Shown here: positions 1-8,649 of the stretch, piece by piece | Position numbering within the stretch: the first letter of the stretch is position 1 | Layout of the letters: each line of letters starts with the position of its first letter | NCBI GenBank assembly: GCA_964036045.1 | Contig: OZ038379.1 | Coordinates: 14,570,001 to 14,634,000, forward strand | Reading direction: 5' to 3' | From: Eutreptiella sp. 'Long Island Sound 2002' | Taxonomy: Eukaryota > Protista > Euglenida | Length of the DNA: 64,000 nt | The notes under the pieces: generated by a model | Databases searched by the model: none | Told to the model about the DNA's origin: nothing | The model's input: only the letters and a program-made list of their open reading frames with translations | Made by a program: the position numbers and the translations under genes

Positions 1-1976
1 TCTAATGCCGCGAACTCTGCAATCTGCTGATTGCACAACACCTCATGTACGACCCCTGCCCTTCCGCCCATCGTGTATCCCCACAACGCCATCCTCCAGG
101 TTCTCCCATCGCAGGCTCCATCAAAAAAAATGTACTCAGCCCAATCGCGCGGCCTCTTAAAAAAAACCAACGGCCTCCAAGCCATCAGTCCCCATGGAAG
201 CAAGCCAGCGAGGGTGTGCAACAAACGCAAGGGGGCGTCCGCCAACCACTGAGGCTGCCACAGTATATGCGCCCACACCGGCGCCACGAACGGCAGCACT
301 CCCCAATTTGGGCGCACAAACCACAGCAACCTGCCCAAAAAGCGTAGCAAACGGCGCCGTGTACAAGGGCCTACAGCCAGTTGCCACCAGCGCGCCATCA
401 AAGCTTGCCAATTTCCGCGCGCCGTGGACACAGTGGCAGCCTGGAAATCGAAAAACTTTCCAATCCATGCCAAACCAACGGCGGCCTCCAAGGTGCTTTT
501 CGGACTGACAATGGCCCCTTCCTCCCTCAGGCGTGAAGCAACAACACCCGCCTGCATACTAACCCACTTCCTGCCATACCCAATGACAAACACATCGTCC
601 AGGTAGACAAGCACCAAGACCCCCTCCACCCCCGCGCTCTGCACCAGCCTGACCATCACGGCCTGGCAAATGGCTGGACCGTGGGTCCACCCGAACGGGA
701 GACAATCAAAACTATACAATATTCCATCCACTGAAACTCGAAAGGCATCAGTAAATTCAACAGGGGTCTTCAGAGACCAAAAACAATTACTAAGATGGAT
801 ATGACATGCACACAAAACAGGTTCTTCCCCCACACAGGGCGGGTCAGCTTTCAGCGACGCCATCTGGTGAAGAAGAAAAATGACATTATCCCCCACCACC
901 CCCGCACAACCGGCTGGAACGAAATCCAACTGTATATTCCAATGCACAATCTGTAAAAAAGCGACAAGCTCAACGCTGGGCAATCACAAGGGGGGGCTGT
1001 CGCACCCCTGGGCCTTGTTGAAAAGGACCATGTTGCAAATACAGCTTGCCTTTTCGCTGTTTTTCGGGATAGCGAAAAGGGACCCATTGGGGCCCAAACC
1101 GTCCGCAAGACAGGGGCGCAACACCCCTTGCTGAACCAATGCCCTGGCCAGGACCGCAGACTGGCCCGTTACAGGCGCCATAGAAGAAAAAGACCGCCTG
1201 CTCACCTCGCCAAAGTTACCCGGCACCAATGCCGTCCAAATATCGGGGGGGATGCGGACATTACCCACAGGTCCCACCCCCCTTTCTAAAATGGTCGTAG
1301 TTAATGGCACCACAATTAACTTTGGGGAAGTGGAGTCTCGCAACCAGATCAGCCACGCGTCCCTCGTGAGCTGCACAAAAAACTGACCGATATGTACCCA
1401 AGGGTGCGGTATCCCTCACTCTGATGAATGCCTCCACATCCTGAGCACCAGCACTAGCAGCCGTCCCAGGACCCAGCCATCATCGCCTCCGCTGCTTGGC
1501 GGGAGGTCGATCACTTCCCGCAGCTTGCTGCACCACTCCCGAACCGCTCCGTCCCGTACTCGCTGCAGGATCCACTCGGCCAACTCGGGGCCCCAGGGCT
1601 GCCGATGCCACGGGGCTGGCACTGCCATGTCTACGCACCTTAACGGTGCGGCGCACCGGGACTCCAGGTCGCTGAGGCGTGTCATCATCCGACAGTACAA
1701 TGCACGCTCGCTTGGACCCAACGTCAGGCTGCTGCTCCACAATTTGCTGTCCGTCCCGAAATAACTCCAAAATCGCTGCAGGCCAGAAGTCGTGCCCTCG
1801 CACCGTGCGCTTAACGAACCTGGAGGGTCCCTCTGGCCATGGTAGGCTGATAGAGGTCCAGATTTTATACTCTTCAGGTGGCTGTGCGTAGTCCTCTGCC
1901 ACCCTCCGTGATTTCCATCGTCCCCACCATTGCCGGATCTCCGCAGGGAGGGCGAGGTACTTCTGCAGGGCGGCAC
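1..1976 (-). pseudogene. pol ORF: reverse transcriptase + RNase H, interrupted by TGA at 1416-1418 and 984-986
   Basis: My translation is one frame with no frameshift: FAIPKNSEKASCICNMVLFN, HLSNCFWSL, YSFDCLPFGWTHGPAICQ, LVYLDDVFV (YLDD 594-605), WIGK, then YIFFDGA and CNQQIAEFAAL (RNase H acidic motifs). The start codon is uncertain. Confidence 0.9.
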
Positions 1977-2796
1977 CCCCGCGTTTCCAACAATGCCACC
2001 GGTGATTGGCGTACTCTGTTCCCCTTAAGCCGAATTCCAGGAATGACTCCAACCATGGCGATCCGGAAGGGCACATGATGGGCGACCTGCGACGACCTGT
2101 GGACCCATAGTCACGGAGCCACCTCGCCCATTTTGCGGAGTACGGGCCCAGTTCTCGCTGAACAACCTTGTCACCGTTCTTGTTGCATCTGAACCATATA
2201 GCCTCGTCCTCGATTCCGCGTCGTCGAACCCCGGCCGCCTCCCCCACCCGCCACAGACAGGTGAAGGAGAGGACGGCCAAGGCGAACCCGGACCACTGCT
2301 CCTTGGTTCGACAGGATTGGGCAAGTACGGACAGTGCCTCCAGTCCTCCATACGGTCGCTGCTCCTCCGTGTTTCGGATGGTGGACTTCGCCATGCGCCA
2401 ATGCCTGGCCTGGACCACCCCAGCGATCCATCCCGAGTCCTCCAGGGCCCGTACCGCGCTGATAGCCCCTCGCATGTATGACCTCGACCTGCCCTTGGCG
2501 AAGAGCGCACATAAGTATCGGTCCAGCAATTTTGACTTATCGACATCCGGCTGCGAGGCTGCGAGTGTCCCCAATGCCCGGATGTGAACGGCATAGTTGC
2601 TTCTGGTGCCAACGCTTCATGACATGGCGACAAGCGCGTTGGAATACTCTGCCGGGTCCTGTCGATTGAGTCGCTTCCACGCCGCCCACCACGATGACCA
2701 GTCTGCCGACTCTCCCAGTACTCCCTCCACCTCTCCCGACGGCGTCTCACCGACTGTCCCCCTCTCCTCCTGTTCTTCCCCCCCTTTTGGGTACCG
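1480..2796 (-). pseudogene. Tyrosine recombinase (YR) ORF with one in-frame TGA at 2617-2619
   Basis: ORF 1480-2574 contains LWRVGEA (catalytic R), NK (K), HCWKRGGA (HxxR) and WGRWKSRRVAEDY (W and Y nucleophile). The frame continues upstream past a TGA as SWWAAWKRLNRQDPAEYSNALVAMS*SVGTRSNY. Confidence 0.9.
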
Positions 2797-4523
2797 TCAC
2801 TCGTAGTATGGGCAGGCAAAAAACCAATGCTTCTTGCCCGGCGCTCCATGGCTCTTGCACGTGCGGCAACCCGTAGCCGGCGGATCCGTCATGTCGGTCC
2901 TCTGCTGATTATTGTTCTTCGGGATCCAAATCCTACGCCCGTTCTCGTACGAGAACCTGCTCCGCAGGCTAGCCAGACGGCACGGACTTCCTCCACAGGG
3001 ACCGTAGTGTCCCCAAAATTTTCTGGCGGCTCTCCCACTTCCTTTGGGGTCTCACCCCCACGCCCACCTCCGGAGTGCTGATGGTATGATTCTCCGTACG
3101 TCCCCATCGCCGATACCAGCAGGATCCACAGCCCCTCCACGTAATTGGCCACCAAGGCCGGAATCGGGGGGGTCCCCCCACCGTCCGACCCATCCATGGG
3201 GGCGGTCACGGCCTCCAGCCAAGCTCCGGAGGTCCAGACCTCTTTGTTCTGAGCCTTCTCTGGAGACATAACCAACTCTTCTTGGAGGTCAGACGATTTC
3301 CAGGCTGAGGTGCACTCCATCAGTTGGGGATCCACCTTTTGCCCGTCCAGGACGGCCTTAAAAAATACCAATAAACGGCATACCCACTGCGGTTTATGAT
3401 CCATCTCCATCAAAATGGATAGCTCCTTGTGGCTCAACTTGGGGATCTTTCTGGTGGGCTCACTCTTCCCCAGCTGCACCTCCTCCAACCGCTGCTCCAA
3501 CATCTCCAGCTTTTTCATGACCTCGCTGATACCACTCTGCGACTGCTCGTTGTTCTCCTCCACCGCCTTAGCAAAATTACCCGTATCCACGTCGAATCGC
3601 AGGTCCTCCAACAGGCAATAACACGCTATGTACTCCACCAACTCCACCGTTGTGAGCTCCAGCCCATGCGCCTTGACAGCCTTCTCCACCCACTCTTCCT
3701 TTCGATCACCCAACCTGTTAAGGTCAGTCTGGATCTCCATGCGTAGCCTCATAAAATCCTTCTGAGGCGCCACAAGGCTCCATTGGGCGTGCAGCCCCAA
3801 CTGCGAATACTCCCGGAAAGAGATCATCTTCTTTCCTTTTCCTTTATCCTTCTTCACAGCCTTGGCCCCCGACGGGGTGCCCTCCCGCGCAGTACCCTTG
3901 CGCTCCTCCTCCTCCCGCAAGGCCTCCTCGATTTCGTTTGGGGTAGCAAAACCAGGGTGCATACCCCCAACCCCACGCATACGCACCTGCACATGACTCC
4001 CGCTCTGGGGCACCTTCATGTCGTCCGCGAGGGCACGCCCCTCGCACAACATCCAAAAATCGTCGTCGCCACAGCCCCACAGCCTGACAACTGCACAGCG
4101 CAGCTGGCGTGCGCCTTCGCAGGGAACCTGCACCCAACCCCGCGGGCCTTGTAACCAAACGTGGGGGGGGGCCGGGGCGCGTGGCCGATCCGCCCGTGGC
4201 AGAACCATCACCCCGTCCCCCTGAGCTAACCCCCCTGGTTCGGCCAAAGATTGACCGTTGTGTTTGCTTGGGACACCAAGGGGGGTCGCCCAAGGTTCAA
4301 GGGATCCGGCGTCCAGATGCCGCGTCCCGGCGATCCCCGTCCCCCTCTTGCCACGGCGTAGGGCTTCACTCAGCTCAACCGATTGCCCGGCCTCTGACCC
4401 GCTGGCCGGTTTCCCCCCAACATGTGCTCCTCCGGGCTTGCCCTGTCGAGGCACCAGCCCACGGGGCAATTGGAAAGCATTCCCCATCGACATACAAAAT
4501 ATAAAAGACAACTGACCGGACAA
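2025..4523 (-). pseudogene. Gag-like ORF1 with N-terminal ubiquitin-like domain; in-frame TGA at 2889-2891
   Basis: 544-aa ORF 2889-4523 with charged coiled-coil segments (EIEEALREEEERK, MKKLEMLEQRLEEV). ORF 2025-2849 is in the same frame 13 codons later and has an Arg/Gly-rich tail (GGKNRRRGGQSVRRRRERW). The Gag call rests on position and composition. Confidence 0.65.
3963..4163 (-). other. Ubiquitin-like domain ending in di-glycine within ORF1
   Basis: HVWLQGPRGWVQV...FWMLCEGRALADDMKVPQSGSHVQVRMRGVGG|MHPG resembles the ubiquitin C-terminal half LIFAGKQLEDG...STLHLVLRLRGG. GG is at 3963-3968 and is followed directly by Met. Confidence 0.6.
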
Positions 4524-4587
4524 TCAGTGCAGACACATATACAATCTTGCACAGACCAAACTTGGGTTTGCTTATGGCAAACCTCAT

Positions 4588-4776
4588 ATTGAGAGTCCCT
4601 AACCCCAACTCAAGGGGCCACGCATCAAAGCATGGATTGCGAGTCCCTAACCCCAACTCAAGGAGCCACGCATCAAAGCGTGGATTGAGAGTCCCTAACT
4701 CCAACTCAAGGGGCCACGCAACAAAGCGTGGATTGTGAGTCCCTAACCCCAACTTAAGGGGCCACGCAACAAAGCG
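4588..4776. repeat. 48-bp tandem repeat, about 4 copies
   Basis: Unit ATTGAGAGTCCCTAACCCCAACTCAAGGGGCCACGCATCAAAGCATGG starts at 4588, 4636, 4684 and 4732; each unit contains CCCTAAC. Confidence 0.95.
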
Positions 4777-4822
4777 GGGGAGTAAAAAAAAAAGAGGAAA
4801 GAAAGTGGGAGGCAAAATTTCA

Positions 4823-5215
4823 TTCTCGGGGATCCCCAACAAAGGGGAGCAGAATCAGAAGTGGCTGCCTCACACCTGCCTTCTCGGGGGCCCAAAAACG
4901 GGCGGAAATGCTACGGCACCCCTGCATTCTCGGGGATCCCCAACATAGGGGAACAAAATCAGAAGTGGTTGCCTCCCCCCCGTGCCTTCTCAAGGGCTCA
5001 AAAGAGGGCGGAAGTGCTATGTCACCCCTGCGTTCTCGGGGGTCCCCTACATAAGGGGACGGAAACAAAAGTGGCCCACAAAAGGGCGGAAGTGCTATGT
5101 CCCCCCTAAGTTCTCGGGGGTCCCCGCAAAAGGGGACAAAGTCAAAGGTGGCCCACAAGTGGGCGGAAGTGCTATGTTACCCCTAAGTTCTCGGGGGTCC
5201 CCGAAAAGGGGTTCA
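4823..5215. repeat. Compound tandem repeat (46-78-bp units beginning TTCTCGGGG)
   Basis: About seven units start TTCTCGGGG or TTCTCAAGG; GGGCGGAAGTGCTATGT recurs near 4900, 5007, 5085 and 5161. Confidence 0.85.
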
Positions 5216-5979
5216 AAAATGGCCGGCGTCGGGCTCCTGGAAAAAATCCCATAGTGGGGGTCCTTAAGGGCGGTCCTTAGAAAAAAAAAAAGGTCCTAAA
5301 TGACCACCCTGCGCTTGGCTAGCCGCACATTGCGGGCACCAACACTATGTGTTCTAGCATGTTTGGTGTGTGTCTCACGGTGTGGTGTGTGGCCCGTGCA
5401 TCTCGCTTTGGGTCTGCGTGGGTTTCTTGATCTGTGTTAGGTGTGGCGCGCCATGCCACCAGCCTTGCGGTTTGATGTCCCGTTGTAGTTGTGTGGGCGC
5501 GACGTGTCAACACCCACAAAGATTGCGACGAAGCAATGCCCGTATAGCATTGGATTGATAGGACAATTGCATTGTTGCTGCCCTCATACGGAATGCCGTT
5601 CACGCAGTGTGCATACATTGCGGGCGTGTGTGCACAGTGCAAGCAAAGCGGACAAGAACTCATATACAACTCATATAAATGCATAACAAGGCTCATTGTT
5701 ACAGGTACTAGGCACTACTATGTAGGTTGGGCATGGTCCTGTACAAATTTTGTGCAGAGCGCGCACACAGCGCGCAAACCACCCCCATTGCACACACCGT
5801 GCAAACTTTTACATGTTGGCAACTAGGTGAACCCTAGTTTTGGCCCTTTTCTACAAGTTACCAGGTTTTTTTTTCCGGGTGTAAAGGGGGAGTGTTAGCG
5901 TGCCGGGCGCGTGCCGGGCATATTTTTGTACCATTCCACACCTGTGTTTTTTTTTCCCACCCTCACCAAATAATCTGCC

Positions 5980-6047
5980 CCCAAGAAGGCAAGGGTGATG
6001 TAGCCACTTCTAATTTGGTCCCCTTCTATGAGGTACGCCCAAGAAAA
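5980..6047 (-). repeat. Diverged inverted copy of the 4823-4889 unit
   Basis: The reverse complement reads TTCTTGGGCG...AGGGGACCAAATTAGAAGTGGCTACATCACCCTTGCCTTCTTGGGG, matching TTCTCGGGGA...AGGGGAGCAGAATCAGAAGTGGCTGCCTCACACCTGCCTTCTCGGGG. Confidence 0.7.
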
Positions 6048-6149
6048 CATGGGTTAGGTGGCCAATCCGCCCACCTATGGGCCGAAGTACGTATGCTGTG
6101 CGCTTTTGGGGACAAGTGTTAAGGAAGTACCTTCGGGGAACCCAAGGCT

Positions 6150-6703
6150 GTCCTGGCCTATGCTTCGGTGGTTTCAGTATCTACAGGGAACCTAACTGCC
6201 CTTTGTCTTCGCTTCAACTTTCCGGTGCTATAGAGGAAACCGGGCCAATTTTGCTTAACCTGTTGTGGCAAGTTTGTCATATAGTGTGGGTGTGGTCGGC
6301 AATGATGCGTGCTTTTGCAATTGTGCTTGGTCTCACATTTGTGAAACGGACTCCCTGGTCCCTTTGTGTGGTGATACAACTCCAGGGTGTCCGCCACGGG
6401 AGATCAATTTTGGCCCCCTGTGTCCTTAGACCTCTTCTCTTAGTCATCATGCATTTGAGCATTGGGGACAAGGTGTTCTACACTAGGTCAACCGGGCTTC
6501 GCGTAACTGCAAAGGTGGTTGCCCATTTGGACGATGGACATGTGGAGCTGGGGTATTACCAAGATGGTGTGCAGGTAGTCAACCATCGTTGCCACATCCA
6601 CCCCATCTCTTTCAGTATTCCCAATTTGGACCCCCCCCCCCCAACCATCCCCGTCAAAGGTCCCCAGGCCCCAGTGGAAGCGGCCCTGAAGCACCGCCAA
6701 TAG
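6150..6703 (+). mobile_element. Possible LINE ORF2 3' remnant followed by a small Tudor/SH3-like segment
   Basis: NCPL...GAIEET and LLWQVCHIVW resemble a decayed LINE C-terminus. MHLSIGDKVFYTRSTGLRVTAKVVAHLDDGHVELGY (about 6448-6560) has a beta-barrel Tudor/chromo-barrel pattern. Confidence 0.3.
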
Positions 6704-6804
6704 TCTCCCCAAACGCCCCACACCAGCAACCCTAACCCAGGTCTGTTTGCGTCTGACTTCCTCCCGCTGTATCTGGGGAAGCATGACGGCAGTGTTGGCT
6801 GGCC

Positions 6805-6806
<2 letters not shown>

Positions 6807-6853
<47 letters not shown>
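6807..6853. repeat. (GA)n microsatellite
   Basis: Perfect GA run. Confidence 0.99.
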
Positions 6854-6854
<1 letters not shown>

Positions 6855-7965
6855 AATGGTCGGTTCTCATTGACTGAATGCCCCCACCACAGGCACTTTC
6901 AGCTATTAGTCTAATGTGCCCAATATGAAGGAGGTGCAGGGGGGGGGGTGACCAAACATTGTTCGGATGGTCGAAAACTTGTGTTGCCTAGGTGTTCTGA
7001 GGCACATGACTTCCATTGCCTTGAAGTGGGAGGGGTGAACAGGGGCGTGGGCGCAGCAGCAGCCTCACCTTTCTTCACACCTCGCCGATCTGCAGGCGGG
7101 AAAAAAGCTTTAGACCCAAGAGGGGGTGGGGGGGGGGGGGGCGCCCTGGTCACCGCTTTTCACACAGTTCCCTGGAAACGGCCGTCATGGGAATTAACCC
7201 AAAAGGGTGACCCGCCGGAGTGCCACCCACATCCACATACACAAGCAAACAAGGTGCAGGGCCATGAAGCAACGGATACTCAGCTACCATATGACCCCCG
7301 TGTCACAGGCCATAGGTCACAGCTCAAACCAGTGCTGAATGTTGCCTTGAGTTCGCCCCTCAGGGCTATCGAATGTTTCATAGGCTGGCTCTCGGTTGCT
7401 TGGGCCACACATCAGGATATTCTTCAGAGCTGCCGCTGGACACACCTGACCCCCCTGAGCCGTTGGAGTCTGTATCCCATGAGTCGGGCATTTCTACCAA
7501 CCCCAGCTCTTCCCAAATGTCTGTTGCGGGCAGGGGGGGGGGGGGGTGAATCCAATTGCGAAAAATTGCGGGAAAATTGTGGAAAATAGCAGGGAAGTTG
7601 TGGCAAATTGCGGGAAAAAGGCCATACCCTAAGCAACCCACCTCAACCTTCAAGGTGCAGCAGTTCTGGACAATTGGCTCAGATTTTTTCGGTCATACAA
7701 AAGGTCCACAGGTAGCGCAATTGCAGGCGGCGCCCCTCAATATCACCATGGAATTGAAGCATGAACCGAAGGCGGTGGATGTTGTCATCCAATTTGTGCT
7801 GCCGCTTCAAAGCCGTCCCATCGTCCCATACTGTGAGGAAAAGTGGTCCACATCACCACCAGAAGTGGGCTGTGTAATCAAAAACAGCACCCTCCCTTGA
7901 GAAAGTGAAGGGGCACGTCACTGCCACCATTCCTGCAAAGCAGTAGGACCATTTATATCAACAAA

Positions 7966-7969
<4 letters not shown>

Positions 7970-8013
<44 letters not shown>
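7970..8013. repeat. (TC)n microsatellite
   Basis: Perfect TC run. Confidence 0.99.
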
Positions 8014-8015
<2 letters not shown>

Positions 8016-8329
8016 GGTCGTTGCATTTTGTGCCAACACGGAGCGTTTTCAGGGGTTGGTGCCTTTGTTGCTTCATTTGTGCCTGCTGAGTGTCCAAAGG
8101 GGGGGGGTATGTGGGGTATATTCGGAAAGCCCTTGAAAGGGGCTATTTGGAACACCCTGGGTCTGCATGCTGTACTGACGACATGTTTGAGAATTTTGTC
8201 CATTTTGGACGGTGTGTCTGCTGCCTGCTGCCTCTTTTTGTCAACAGGCAGCTACCATGTCTGCATACAAATTCACGCAACGTGCTGTTGCTTTCCCCGA
8301 TGCACCACAGAAACCTTTGGTGCACAGAA

Positions 8330-8649
8330 GGGCTCGCTCTGGGGGTGCACCTGACCCTGAAAAACTTGAGCGCCATCCTGGCTTTGTCTGGGTGAAATCA
8401 GGGTACAGTGAGGCCATTGCATGGTGCAAGGTCCAACTGACCAAACAGTGAAATGTGAACCTCGCAACAGACAGCCTCTGGGCCATGCCCTTGAACACAG
8501 GGTGGGTGCCAGTCAAGGCATGGAGGCTGCAGGATTGGGAAAAACTGAAGAAATATGTTCCCAGTCACAAGCAGGGGGACGTGTGCCCCAATGGAGTCCC
8601 AGCTCTTGTGGAGAGGGGCAAAAATGAGAACGACTCGGATTCAGAATAA
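8330..8649 (+). pseudogene. Protein-like remnant, possibly a DNA-transposase C-terminus
   Basis: ORFs 8212-8451 and 8455-8649 are in frame across one TGA (8449-8451): PDPEKLERHPGFVWVKSG...KQ*NVNL...PLNTGWVPVKAWRLQDWEKLKKYVP...NENDSDSE. LQDWEKLKKYVP recalls Sola-like transposase tails; the match is weak. Confidence 0.3.

Larger units (their letters stand above)
1..4523 (-). mobile_element. Tyrosine-recombinase retrotransposon, VIPER/TATE-type order (gag - YR - RT/RNase H); 3' end runs off the left edge
   Basis: Three overlapping minus-strand frames: Gag-like (4523-2025), YR with R-K-HxxR-W-Y residues (about 2796-1480), and RT with YLDD at 594-605 plus RNase H near 1-130. YR placed between gag and RT is the VIPER/TATE order rather than the DIRS/Ngaro order. 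Confidence 0.88.

Noticed and set aside
4588-5215. Repeat arrays as a CRISPR locus
   Set aside because: Units are contiguous with no unique spacers, no cas genes are present, and the context is eukaryotic.
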